Source: an uncultured Rhodopirellula sp.
GTDB lineage: Bacteria; Planctomycetota; Planctomycetia; Pirellulales; Pirellulaceae
Assembly (NCBI GenBank): GCA_964007735.1
Contig: CAXGAI010000007.1
Location: 1 to 64,000 of the forward strand
Length of the DNA: 64,000 bases
Direction: 5' to 3'
Position numbers and translations under genes: made by a program. Position 1 is the stretch's first letter, and every line of letters begins with the position of its first letter. Below the pieces are notes generated by a model. The model ran no database searches. It saw only the letters and a list, made by a program, of their open reading frames with translations, and was not told the origin of the DNA. Of this stretch, positions 40,214-50,182 are shown one piece after another.

Positions 40214-40510
40214 TTAGCCAATTTCATCGAGTAGACGATCGATGGCAATGTCCAGTTTCTCCTGAGTTTCGTATGTGCCGGCCTCGATGGCTTCTCGGAT
40301 CTGAGCTACGCGGTCAGTACGAATCTCCGGCAAATCCTGAATCTCTAGCTGATTGACCAACTCCACCGTCTGACTATTCAATTCCGCTTCTGTGGAAATA
40401 TCGACCTGATCGGTAGGATTGGTAATGGAAGCTGCTTGTGTGGCTTTAGCTGACTCAACCTGATTCGTTGGGTTGACCGGTTGAGCTCCATTGATTCCGT
40501 TGATTTGCAT
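40214..40510 (-). CDS. flgM: Anti-sigma-28 factor FlgM
   Basis: MQINGI start, DQVDIS, PEIRTDRVAQIREAIEAGTYE; ATG at 40510. Confidence 0.85.
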   Translation of the reverse strand: MQINGINGAQPVNPTNQVESAKATQAASITNPTDQVDISTEAELNSQTVELVNQLEIQDLPEIRTDRVAQIREAIEAGTYETQEKLDIAIDRLLDEIG

Positions 40511-40814
40511 ATTCAAGATCCTTGTCACACACAAAAGGATTAACAGTAGGTTTAGCCTCAGAAGTATAGGAAACCTGTAAATAAGTGGCAAGTCCAATCC
40601 AATTGTCCACTCTTATAGACGATTTAATTCTTGCCCCTAATGTGGCTAAATGCCCCATTTTACCCTCGAGGAGCATGCATTTGAAAGAATTTAAATTCTC
40701 ACTTAACTAGTCGTCGAATTATGCCGTTGGAAATAATAGATAGAGAGGCTGATGGCATCAAATCTTACCAGGTTGGGATTTCCTTGACGTCATCCATGCA
40801 GAAGGAGAGTCACG

Positions 40815-41000
40815 ATGGACAATGTAGAACTTCGCGTCGTCCTGTTAGAAGAGCACGGTTTGGGCCGTATTACTGTGGGACTCGAAGAATACTTTGATTT
40901 TAGTTTTTCACTTTCTGACGAGTTACAAAAGCTGGAGCTTGAATTCGGTGATCTTCCGATGTGTGGTTGGAACCGACTGACGCCTGAGCACGAAGTGTAA
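40815..41000 (+). CDS. Small acidic hypothetical protein (61 aa)
   Basis: Strong AAGGAG RBS 7 nt before ATG; fills an otherwise empty intergenic space. Confidence 0.6.
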   Translation: MDNVELRVVLLEEHGLGRITVGLEEYFDFSFSLSDELQKLELEFGDLPMCGWNRLTPEHEV

Positions 41001-41079
41001 ATAAAAAGTGCTGTGACTGTATTTTATCGGCCCATCTCATTACGGACCAATGTTTCGGGCTGAATTATTCTTGCATAGT

Positions 41080-43275
41080 CTATTTGGGATCTGTCCGCAA
41101 AAAATCCAGCATTGCGTCTATACTGCCGTCGTGATTGGTTTTTAACTGATCTTTTGCTCTCGCAACTTTATATGCTTTATCGACGATTAGCGGTACTTCA
41201 TTCTCTCCTGACAACCAAGTTTGATTAGGGGTCGCTACTGCTAGCATCCCGGGCAGATCAAAGTATTTGGCACCGCCGGGTAGGAAGTAGGGTGAGTGAA
41301 TATTGTTCACCTTTGCGAAGCGGAAGCCATTGGAGTTGACAGCGAGTTTGGTGACGACAGTCCGAGCCTGTGCTCGAGCCGCGATAGCCAGAGGACCGGT
41401 ACTGTCCATAGCTACTAATGAGATTTCCTCAGGTAATGACTCATGATGAAAAATAAAGGAGATTGTTGTCAGGATGTCGTGTGTGCGGCGAGCGAACATC
41501 GTGTGATTGAAGCCAAAGCTATAGGCCGCTGCTTCACGGGTATTGGAGTCCACTCGGCGAGTTTGCTTTGGCTGTTTGCCGTCGGCCAGGAATTCTCCTT
41601 GATATAGTAAATCGACTCCGACCACGCAGTATTGCTTATCGATCAGTGATTTTACTCCGGTGGCAAGTGTGTTATCGTCTTCATAAAGCCCGTCTTTACC
41701 ATCTTCGGTGAGCCAGATGACGACCTTTTGATTCCAATTTTCCGGATACAAAAATAGCACCGGGTTGGCACTCTCAGAATCTAGATTGGTTAGTGTTCCC
41801 CCGATTTCTAGAAAGTTGGTCTTCGCTTGTTTGTAAGTTTGATTCCAGTCGAGGCGGGTGGCTTTCGGGAGTCCTTGCCCGATAACAATATCGATAGCTC
41901 CTCCCACGACTTCCTTGAAGACCCGCAGCGATTTGGCTTGCTTTGTCAGTAAGGCGTCTAGCTTAGCCTGCGCGTCGTTACTCCAGGACTGTAGCAGTTT
42001 CCCCTCGAATTCCTCTCCACCTTCTGGTGCCGGATGGGCGTCATTCCAGACGGTAAGCTGTTCACTGCCCTGATATTGATAGTCGCGTTCCGGTGGGACG
42101 TCGGAATATCCAAGTCCCAAATGCTGATTCATAAAGGAGTACATCGCCTTACGACAGACATAGTTGTAGTTGTGAGGAAATTGTAAATGTGCTTCCAGAT
42201 GGAGATTGTCTTCTTCTCCTAACAGTGTGTAGAGTGCTTTGAGATCCGGAAAGCCTTTTGTTTCTATTTCAACAGTCCAATCATCAGCAGCGGTAAGCCC
42301 TAGCGGTTTGGGAGCGAACATTGCGGCAAAGTCCACGTTACCGGCACCCACGCGTAACAGGCAGGCATTTTCACAAGTACAGCCACCTTGCATTGCCGTT
42401 GATACCATAACGGCTGGCATAGATACTTTGATTCGAGGGTCGATCGCGGAAACTATAAATGTCTGAGTGCCTCCGCCGCTGGAGCCTGTTATAGCTAAGC
42501 GGTCCGTATCGACCTCATCAAGCGTACTGATAAAATCAAGAGCTCGGATCGAATTCCAGGTTTGCAGCCCCATGATATTTTGCAGGTTGTTTTCTGCTTG
42601 AGGGCTAAAGAACCCCCAGCGATCTTCCCGGTTCATATGTGGACGTTGTTTAGCAAATCCATGCGCCAACTCAAAGCTGATTTGATTGTTGTCTGCGTAG
42701 CCGACCATATCATAGGTAAAAACAGTGCAACCAAGCCGCGCCAAATGAACACTTCGTGCCTGAATAGGGTTGCGTCCCCCTTCCCGGAACTTTTCAGCTC
42801 CGTTTTTCAATTGTTGCTCTAGTTTAGTTTTAGGAGCATCGTAAAAACGCCCTTTCTGATAATGTCCATGAGGGCTGAGGATACCGGGGATTTTCCCGGT
42901 CTGTTGAGAGAGATTAAGTGGACGGTATAGGCTACCAGTTAGGTAGTAACCTGGCATGGTTTCCAGGTAGACTTTTTCGAGGGAGTAGCCATCCATTTCT
43001 TTACGACTGTGAATCACGGCATTTAAAGGCGTCTTCTCGGGCATTGGCCAGAGCCCCATGGAAACGAGTATTTTCCGTCGCAGATAGCTACGTCGTTTCT
43101 CCCAGTCTTTTTCATTGTCGGCCGTATACATGGGGAAGTACCCGTTCAGGTCTTTAAGCGGTTGGAGACGGATATCCTGAGGTAATTGTCCTGCCGGGGT
43201 AATGCGAGGCTGGGCCAGAATAGGAGTCGTCAGAAGACTTCCCAAAACCAACAAGAAGATAGCGGTGCGCGTCAT
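41080..43275 (-). CDS. Secreted alpha/beta-hydrolase (acetylxylan-esterase-like) with degenerate second module
   Basis: Signal peptide ILA-Q; LSPHGH, IRALDF, GSSGGGTQT, QGGCTCEN, FPHNY. Confidence 0.82.
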   Translation of the reverse strand: MTRTAIFLLVLGSLLTTPILAQPRITPAGQLPQDIRLQPLKDLNGYFPMYTADNEKDWEKRRSYLRRKILVSMGLWPMPEKTPLNAVIHSRKEMDGYSLEKVYLETMPGYYLTGSLYRPLNLSQQTGKIPGILSPHGHYQKGRFYDAPKTKLEQQLKNGAEKFREGGRNPIQARSVHLARLGCTVFTYDMVGYADNNQISFELAHGFAKQRPHMNREDRWGFFSPQAENNLQNIMGLQTWNSIRALDFISTLDEVDTDRLAITGSSGGGTQTFIVSAIDPRIKVSMPAVMVSTAMQGGCTCENACLLRVGAGNVDFAAMFAPKPLGLTAADDWTVEIETKGFPDLKALYTLLGEEDNLHLEAHLQFPHNYNYVCRKAMYSFMNQHLGLGYSDVPPERDYQYQGSEQLTVWNDAHPAPEGGEEFEGKLLQSWSNDAQAKLDALLTKQAKSLRVFKEVVGGAIDIVIGQGLPKATRLDWNQTYKQAKTNFLEIGGTLTNLDSESANPVLFLYPENWNQKVVIWLTEDGKDGLYEDDNTLATGVKSLIDKQYCVVGVDLLYQGEFLADGKQPKQTRRVDSNTREAAAYSFGFNHTMFARRTHDILTTISFIFHHESLPEEISLVAMDSTGPLAIAARAQARTVVTKLAVNSNGFRFAKVNNIHSPYFLPGGAKYFDLPGMLAVATPNQTWLSGENEVPLIVDKAYKVARAKDQLKTNHDGSIDAMLDFLRTDPK

Positions 43276-43357
43276 AAAATACTCTCCAGTGATTAAGCTC
43301 GAAGAGCGTATTCTAGCATTTTCAGGTACGGGATTCGAGTTTTAGAGGAACCAGCAA

Positions 43358-43852
43358 TTATTCTAAGTCACGTACCAGAATGTGGTGCTCAAGCTGGCCA
43401 GTCACGGCACCGGAGAGCAATGTCTCCCAGGATAGAATGTTAAATTCGATCACCGCTAGTGCGCAAGTTGGCATAGGATGTAATTCCCCACACTGGTCGT
43501 AGACGAGCTCTTCCATTCCCGGGTTATGACCAATCACCATGGCTGAATCAATCGACTCAGGTAATTGTGCAAGCTGTTCGATGTAAGTGCGAGCAGGTGC
43601 CAAATAGAGATCTTCCGTGTGGATGACTTGCGTATCCCAAAGGGCACTTTCGCTGACCAATTGGAATGTTTCTTGAGCACGGGCAGCCAGAGAACAAAAT
43701 ACAATATCGGGTTGCAGATTATGCTTTGCGAACCAGGTTCCCATCACTGGTGCAGCTCGTCGCCCTCGTTTATTTAAGGGCCGCTCAAAATCGGTGAGTG
43801 CAGGGTCGGTCCAACTGGATTTAGCATGGCGAAGAATGAATAGTCGTTTCAC
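43358..43852 (-). CDS. sixA: Histidine phosphatase SixA family
   Basis: LRHAKSSW, DFERPLNKRG, IGHNPG. Confidence 0.9.
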   Translation of the reverse strand: MKRLFILRHAKSSWTDPALTDFERPLNKRGRRAAPVMGTWFAKHNLQPDIVFCSLAARAQETFQLVSESALWDTQVIHTEDLYLAPARTYIEQLAQLPESIDSAMVIGHNPGMEELVYDQCGELHPMPTCALAVIEFNILSWETLLSGAVTGQLEHHILVRDLE

Positions 43853-43872
43853 CTGTGCCCTCCCCTGCCGGC

Positions 43873-45972
43873 TTATGCCTTGTGCGGTTCAAAGGTTGTT
43901 GGAGTGGACTGCTTGGCAAGTTGCTCGGCTTTGACCGCCTGTTGATATAAAACCTGTTGGCTGCGAATCTCTTCACCTCCATTTTTAGTAGAAACTCGTT
44001 GATAAGTTCCATCAGCCTGCAGGACATGCCCTTTGACGTTTTCGGAAATAAATGTTTCCAAGGCGTGGATGATGGCCTTTTTGCAGGAGGAAGACTCAAT
44101 AGGTACGAGCAATTCGACACGTCGATCAAGGTTTCGAGGCATCCAGTCAGCACTTGAAATCAGAGCGATGTCTTCTCCTCCATGGGTAAAATGCATAATG
44201 CGACTGTGTTCCAGAAAGCGATCGACAATACTTACAACTTGAATGTTTTCACTGAGACCCGGCACGCCTGGTCGTAAACAACAGATTCCACGAATATTTA
44301 GATTAATGGTCACACCGGCTTGCGAGGCTTTATAGAGTTCTTTGATAAGTGTTGGGTCGACGAGCGAGTTCATCTTGGCAGTGATGCAGGCTGGCTTATC
44401 GGCCTTAGCTCGCTCCGTCTCGAAACGTATCAGTTCTAGGATACGGTTGCGGAGTGTCAGTGGAGCCATGGCTAGCTTTTGCAGGCTGCTAGGTTGAGTG
44501 AACCCTGTCACGGCATTGAAAAAGGAAGTGGCGTCGTTTCCCAGAATATGATCACACGTCAACAGACTGAAATCTGTGTAAAGTTTGGCCGTGGATTCGT
44601 TGTAATTGCCTGTCCCAAAGTGCATATAGCGGCAGATGCCTTGCGGTTCCCGCCGAATGATAATAAGGCTCTTAGCATGTGTTTTGAGGCCTTTCACGCC
44701 ATAAATTACATGAGCACCAGCCTGTTGCAAAGCTTTGGCCCCCACAATATTTCGAGCTTCATCGAATCGAGCTTTCAATTCAATGATGACCGTAACACTT
44801 TTACCACTTTCGGCTGCACGAACCAAAGCGGCTACGACGGGACTGTCGCTGCTTGTGCGGTAAAGCGTCTGTTTGATTGCCAGCACATTGGGATCGTCAG
44901 CCGCTGATTCGATCAGCCTAATGACCGGCTTAAAACTTTCAAATGGATGGTGAAGGATAATGTCATTTTTGGAGATTTCGTCAAAGATATCTTCCGACAG
45001 GTCAATGCGTGGTGAGTTAGTAGGTGGCAAAGGTTTGGCCTGATACTGTTCAAAACCTCTTAGTCCTGCAATTTGGAACCAGGCTTTCAGATCCAGTGGG
45101 CCATCGCAAATGTAAGTGTATCCTTGTGGGACATTAAACAGCGTTTGTAATTCCGTTAGTAATTGGTCACTACAATTTGCGGCAACTTCCAAGCGAACAC
45201 AATCGCTGTCTTTGCGTGACTCTAACAACGCTGACATATCTTCCATCAGGTCGGCGGAGAATTCTTCCTCTACCCGCAGGTCAGCATTTCGAGTGATTCG
45301 AAACGGTACGCACTCCAAAACTTCCTGACTCGGAAAGTAGCGATCGCAAAACAGGCCGACCACGTCTTCCGAGAGAATGTAGGCATGGCGGTCGTCCGAT
45401 TGCAGTGTGAAGAAACGTGGTACGGGCGAGCTAAGTGGCAGGATGACAATGCGGTGAGGACGTTCAGTATCGTCTTCTTTGATTTTCACGGCCAGATGAA
45501 TGATCTGGTTTCCGATCAACGGCATACTGCCGTCTGGATGAATTCCGAGTGGAGAAATAACAGGGTAGACTTCGCGGTCAAAACGATCACTGAGAACTTT
45601 GTGTTGAGTTTCATTGAGATCTAGTTGTGTGTAGCGGCGAATTCCAATTTCTGCCAATCCCGGCTCGAGTATTTTGTTAAAGCATTCGTATTGCTGTTCG
45701 ATCATCTCGTGCGTACGCAGACTCAATTCTTCCAACTGCTTAGCTGGACTTCGTCCCGTAATATCAGGCGTGTGTTTGCCGCTGGCGACCATGATATTGA
45801 GCCCGCCAATACGAACCATATAAAACTCATCCAGATTAGAGGAGGTGATCGCCAGAAACTTCACGCGTTCCAGTAGAGGAACATTGGGGTCTAGAGCTTC
45901 TCCCAGAACTCGTTGATTGAATTCGAGCCAGCTGAGTTCACGATTGAAAAATAGTGGTTCTTGATCAGTCAT
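43873..45972 (-). CDS. ppk1: Polyphosphate kinase 1
   Basis: FNRELSWLEFNQRVL, SNLDEFYMVR, HHPFESF, AIKQTLYRT, ELKARFDE, KTHAK, GTGNYN, SADWMPRNLDRRVE. Confidence 0.98.
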   Translation of the reverse strand: MTDQEPLFFNRELSWLEFNQRVLGEALDPNVPLLERVKFLAITSSNLDEFYMVRIGGLNIMVASGKHTPDITGRSPAKQLEELSLRTHEMIEQQYECFNKILEPGLAEIGIRRYTQLDLNETQHKVLSDRFDREVYPVISPLGIHPDGSMPLIGNQIIHLAVKIKEDDTERPHRIVILPLSSPVPRFFTLQSDDRHAYILSEDVVGLFCDRYFPSQEVLECVPFRITRNADLRVEEEFSADLMEDMSALLESRKDSDCVRLEVAANCSDQLLTELQTLFNVPQGYTYICDGPLDLKAWFQIAGLRGFEQYQAKPLPPTNSPRIDLSEDIFDEISKNDIILHHPFESFKPVIRLIESAADDPNVLAIKQTLYRTSSDSPVVAALVRAAESGKSVTVIIELKARFDEARNIVGAKALQQAGAHVIYGVKGLKTHAKSLIIIRREPQGICRYMHFGTGNYNESTAKLYTDFSLLTCDHILGNDATSFFNAVTGFTQPSSLQKLAMAPLTLRNRILELIRFETERAKADKPACITAKMNSLVDPTLIKELYKASQAGVTINLNIRGICCLRPGVPGLSENIQVVSIVDRFLEHSRIMHFTHGGEDIALISSADWMPRNLDRRVELLVPIESSSCKKAIIHALETFISENVKGHVLQADGTYQRVSTKNGGEEIRSQQVLYQQAVKAEQLAKQSTPTTFEPHKA

Positions 45973-45984
45973 AAAGGTTTATAT

Positions 45985-47565
45985 TTACAAGGTTTCACGT
46001 GGGTCAATCATGGTGTTACTAAGTAGGATTTTCATGCCGAAGGTATCTTCAAACAGGTCGCTGCTTTGTTGCAAAGCTAGTTGTTCTAAAGAAAGATCTA
46101 CGGCATCCGGGGTGGAGAGGATCAGTGTTTCCTCTTTCTGTATGCAACTCACGGTGTGTATGCTCTGATTGCGTGAAGCATCCAATGCCACAGCAATTCT
46201 TAAAATGGCGGCAAGTTTTGATACAGCGACGCGGTTATTTCGGTCGAGCATGGCATAACCAGCGTGTTTAGGTTGGGGAGTTGCACGTCGGTGATAGCGT
46301 GCTACCAATGCTGTGAGTAAGAGGTTCGTTTTACCAAGGCCAAAAAGCTCGCTGTTATTGATCAGATACATGGTGTGTTTATGGTAACTTCGATTGCTGA
46401 CAAAAAGGCCAATCTCATGCAGCAATGCAGCTACATGTAAAAAGGTCTCAAACCTTGGTTCCAAATCATGTTGCTGTTGTAACTGATGGAATAGCTGACT
46501 CGCAAGTAAGGCAACTTGTTGCGCGTGGCCTTCATCAAAGTCGTATTGTCTTCCCAGGTCTAAAACCGAGCCTATGATTTGATTTTGGAATTCCTTACTC
46601 CAGGCTTCTTCTAAAGCCATCTCTTGCAAAAGGCCGTCGCGGAGATTAATCCCTGAGATATGGATTTCAGGGACTTCCAGGTGCTTAGCGATACAGAGAT
46701 AGGTAAGCAAGGCCGGACCGAGAGTCTCGGCTTCCTGATGAGTCACTCGCAGTTCGTAATTTCGCACGATGTTGTCGAGTGACATTTTTAAGATATTGTT
46801 GGTGAATTCTTCAAGGGCATCTGTCGAAACCACCCCGCCTTCGATAATACTCCAGTCGTCGAGTAGTTGGCTGGCTGCGAATCGGATGTCCCCGCCGAGA
46901 GCGACAAGATTGCGTTGTTGTCCTACCGGCATCTGCTCATGGAACATATCGATGGTTCGTCGAATCTGAGATTCCATCAGTTGTCGACTTTGAACGATCG
47001 GGGCATTGTAGGTGTCAACCGCTTTACGAAGACGGAGGGAGCCGAGGTTGTAAGTGTGGGAAAACTGTATCTGCCCGTTTCTAACCAGCAGTAATTCGGT
47101 ACTTCCACCCCCAACTTCGCAGACGACAGTATCGGTCGAGGTTCCTAAACGTTCCAATTCAGCTTGAATCCCCAAGTAGGTGATTCGACTGATTTCCGCC
47201 TCGTCCATCGGGTCGATTTCGATGCCAGTGGCAATATAGATGCGATCGAGAAATGCCAGTCGGTTAGTGGATTCGCGAACGGCACTGGTGGCCACAACAC
47301 GAAGATCATCAGAGGATTGGATTCCGTATTCGCCAAGGATCTGTTGATAGCTTTTGAGAACCTGAACACATTCCTCGATAGTATCGCGATCGATACGCCC
47401 TCGGGTGAAAGTATCCTTACCTAGGTTCACTGCCTGGGAAAGATGTTCGAGAATTTGAATGATTCCCGCCGGACTAATCTCAGCAATAGCCATACGTACC
47501 GATGTCGTACCGACATCGATCACGGCAACAGTTCGTTGGCGACTTGTATTTTCTTTCGCGGACAT
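45985..47565 (-). CDS. ppx: Ppx/GppA exopolyphosphatase with C-terminal HD domain
   Basis: IDVGTTSVR, ATSAVRE, EVGGGSTE, LRDG, AALLHEIG, ARYHR. Confidence 0.92.
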   Translation of the reverse strand: MSAKENTSRQRTVAVIDVGTTSVRMAIAEISPAGIIQILEHLSQAVNLGKDTFTRGRIDRDTIEECVQVLKSYQQILGEYGIQSSDDLRVVATSAVRESTNRLAFLDRIYIATGIEIDPMDEAEISRITYLGIQAELERLGTSTDTVVCEVGGGSTELLLVRNGQIQFSHTYNLGSLRLRKAVDTYNAPIVQSRQLMESQIRRTIDMFHEQMPVGQQRNLVALGGDIRFAASQLLDDWSIIEGGVVSTDALEEFTNNILKMSLDNIVRNYELRVTHQEAETLGPALLTYLCIAKHLEVPEIHISGINLRDGLLQEMALEEAWSKEFQNQIIGSVLDLGRQYDFDEGHAQQVALLASQLFHQLQQQHDLEPRFETFLHVAALLHEIGLFVSNRSYHKHTMYLINNSELFGLGKTNLLLTALVARYHRRATPQPKHAGYAMLDRNNRVAVSKLAAILRIAVALDASRNQSIHTVSCIQKEETLILSTPDAVDLSLEQLALQQSSDLFEDTFGMKILLSNTMIDPRETL

Positions 47566-48575
47566 TAGTTAATAGTCTGAGTTGGTTGGTAATGGCCTTT
47601 GCTGCTACGCGCGCCCCAGATAGCAGCACCGAGCACGGAGGCATCATCACCAAGTTCGGCAATTTTAATTTCAAAGGTATCCCGAAGAATGGGGACTACG
47701 TTTTTACGAGCTGCTTTGCGAGTGTATTTAGTGAACAATTCTGGCATTGCTTCCGCCAATCCACCTCCCAGAATCACAACATCCGGCGATAGGATTGTGG
47801 CCATAGCTCCAATAGCTTTTCCTAGATATTTACAGGCTCGTTTGATGATGGCCTGAATTTCGGTATCTCCGTTGGCTACCGAGGCTGCCAACACACCACT
47901 GCGCATCAAACTGATGTCAGTACCGACTTGTTCCAGTAGATAAGGGGCTGAACCGCGATAGGCTGCCTGAGCGGCTAATCCAGCGATCGCTAAACGACTG
48001 GCGACGGTTTCCAGACAACCTTTGAGACCACAACCGCAGCGTGTCCCATTGGGAACAACGGGAATATGGCCGATTTCCATTGCAGTTTGTTTTGAGCCTG
48101 TAACAATCTGGCCGTTGAGTACGGCTCCGCCTCCAATACCTGTGCCAGGGAAGACCCCTAAAACATTGTTAGCTTCTTTGCCGGCTCCAAACTGGCTTTC
48201 TCCAAACACGCCAGCATCGACATCATTGAGTAATTGGACAGGACAGTTGTATTTGTCTTGAAGAATTTGAGCCACGGCTACGTTTTGCCATCCTAAATTG
48301 ACCGCTCCGAGCACTACTCCGGATTGCATATTTACGGCCCCAGGAACTCCAATACCGATGGATTTGAGTTGAGTGGATTCTATTTCGGCGTCTGTGAGGG
48401 CTTTATCGATATTCTCCACCAGTCTTGTGAGAACAGATTCTGTGCCCGAACTTGCCTGAGTTTTCATGCGGTTACGGCCAACGGGATCGAATTGCGCATC
48501 GTAAACGACGGCCAGCATTTTAGTGCCGCCAAGATCAAAACCGAGGTGATAATCGTCAGCTGACGTTTTTGACAT
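47565..48575 (-). CDS. ROK family sugar kinase
   Basis: DLGGTK, GIGVPG, NDVDAG, GTGIGGG, EIGH, CGCGLKGCLE; TAATG stop/start overlap with ppx. Confidence 0.92.
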   Translation of the reverse strand: MSKTSADDYHLGFDLGGTKMLAVVYDAQFDPVGRNRMKTQASSGTESVLTRLVENIDKALTDAEIESTQLKSIGIGVPGAVNMQSGVVLGAVNLGWQNVAVAQILQDKYNCPVQLLNDVDAGVFGESQFGAGKEANNVLGVFPGTGIGGGAVLNGQIVTGSKQTAMEIGHIPVVPNGTRCGCGLKGCLETVASRLAIAGLAAQAAYRGSAPYLLEQVGTDISLMRSGVLAASVANGDTEIQAIIKRACKYLGKAIGAMATILSPDVVILGGGLAEAMPELFTKYTRKAARKNVVPILRDTFEIKIAELGDDASVLGAAIWGARSSKGHYQPTQTIN

Positions 48576-48751
48576 GGTCGTTGATTTTAAGGTGATAAAG
48601 AGCTGTGGAGAAAAGGCAAACAGGCCCTTAGTTATAGAATAGCAGAAGACTCAAGAATGACACGGGTCATCCATTAGCTGCCCGGTGTTTTTAACAATGG
48701 GGGATTCATATGACCGCTATAACTAATACGAACTACTTGGAGTTAAGTCTA

Positions 48752-48836
48752 GAAAAAGAAGACGCGAAAGTTTAACTTTCGCGCCTTCTTATGAACGATT
48801 GTTTTTCTTAGCCCAGAGAAACTGAGCTAAGAAAAA
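48752..48836 (-). terminator. Two consecutive hairpins (stabiliser + terminator) after DUF1559 gene A
   Basis: tttttcttagc/gctaagaaaaa (48802-48836) and aagaa(ga)cgcgaaagt/actttcgcg(cc)ttctt (48756-48790), with a T-run on the minus strand. Confidence 0.7.
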
Positions 48837-48843
48837 ATTCTAC

Positions 48844-49911
48844 TTAGTTGTTCTTCCACTGTTCGCCGAGAGGACCACCGTCGCGACGGTCACCAAGTCG
48901 GTTGTAGGTAATATAATCGATAGTTTCACTCAGGAACTGAACAGAACCATCAACCAGTACGAACTGAGCACCACCCTTATGCTGGGATTTGAAGCCCTGT
49001 GAGGTAGACCAGTTACTCCAGTGAGTACAACCAGGATATTGCGAATTGATCTGATTAAAACCCGGTTCCCCTAAACCCTGACTTGGGTAGTTGATAGGTC
49101 CACCAGTACCAATCCAGAGAGCCACTGAATGAGCCCAACCACCGGATTTAGCGAGCGACGTCTTCATCGGAAGAATTTCGCCCATCATAATTACCTGACT
49201 TTCACCGTCGACGACATCACGGAAACGAGCCGCCCAGGCACCACGAGCAAAGACACCGGAAATACGATACCCCCGCCCATCATTACCATGGTTTGCAGGA
49301 CCGGTCTGAAACAGATTTCCCGGATATTCAGGGCACCAGTTACCTTGAGAAGCGATTCTCTGTGCACCAATGCTACAGGCATAGTTGTGAAGTTGGGGAG
49401 CTTCTTCTGTATTGAATCCACCGTCTCCTGTTGGGTCGTTATCAGCCGAGGGGCAAATGAATGTGGGGATAATTTCGGACCAGAAGAATTTACGTTGAGT
49501 TACGCCAACGTTGATTCGTTCAAAGTTCGCCGCCCAGTTCTGCCCGATACCAGGGTTGTTCTTACCTGTGATTCTATAGTTCAACTGGTTGTAGAGAGGA
49601 TCCTGTTCCAGAAATGGTAAAATCTTCACCAGTTGGCTGCCGTGACTCGTATCTTCCCAAGTAAGGCCATTGTTTGATTGACGGCCCCAAAAATAAGCAC
49701 CTGTAAATGGAAGTGATTCATAGGTGTTATGGTAAGTGCGCATCGCCAACCCGAGTTGCTTCAGGTTGTTGCTGCACGACATTTTACGAGCAGCTTCACG
49801 TGCTGCTGAAACCGCTGGAAGTAGCAGAGCTACCAAAATGCCAATAATGGCAATTACTACCAGCAACTCAACAAGCGTAAAACCGCTCCTCCGAGTGCTA
49901 AAATTTCTCAT
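48844..49911 (-). CDS. DUF1559 prepilin-like protein (paralog A)
   Basis: [15 protein letters not shown]-methylation motif, [39 protein letters not shown] (H-X9-DG). Confidence 0.95.
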   Translation of the reverse strand: MRNFSTRRSGFTLVELLVVIAIIGILVALLLPAVSAAREAARKMSCSNNLKQLGLAMRTYHNTYESLPFTGAYFWGRQSNNGLTWEDTSHGSQLVKILPFLEQDPLYNQLNYRITGKNNPGIGQNWAANFERINVGVTQRKFFWSEIIPTFICPSADNDPTGDGGFNTEEAPQLHNYACSIGAQRIASQGNWCPEYPGNLFQTGPANHGNDGRGYRISGVFARGAWAARFRDVVDGESQVIMMGEILPMKTSLAKSGGWAHSVALWIGTGGPINYPSQGLGEPGFNQINSQYPGCTHWSNWSTSQGFKSQHKGGAQFVLVDGSVQFLSETIDYITYNRLGDRRDGGPLGEQWKNN

Positions 49912-50113
49912 CACAATACTCCGAAATCAATTTATAAAAAATGTATTAATGATATCGCTTACAAAAGACCGGTTTGGCCAGTAATCTCTAACTATAAGTA
50001 AAATTAATCTGAATAGGAGCTGCGAATTTCCTTAAAAAATGTAAAAAATAGTAAGGTATTGTTCCTCGGCGGGGCTTAGACACGAGAAATTTATCATTTC
50101 GGGAGTTTAGCAT

Positions 50114-50149
50114 AAAAAAATCCCCTTAGGCCCGAAGACCTAAGGGGAT
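50114..50149 (-). terminator. Intrinsic terminator after DUF1559 gene B
   Basis: atccccttagg/cctaaggggat stem with T7 on the minus strand. Confidence 0.85.
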
Positions 50150-50182
50150 CGTTGTTTGCGCCTTTTTGGGCAGAAAGAGAAC

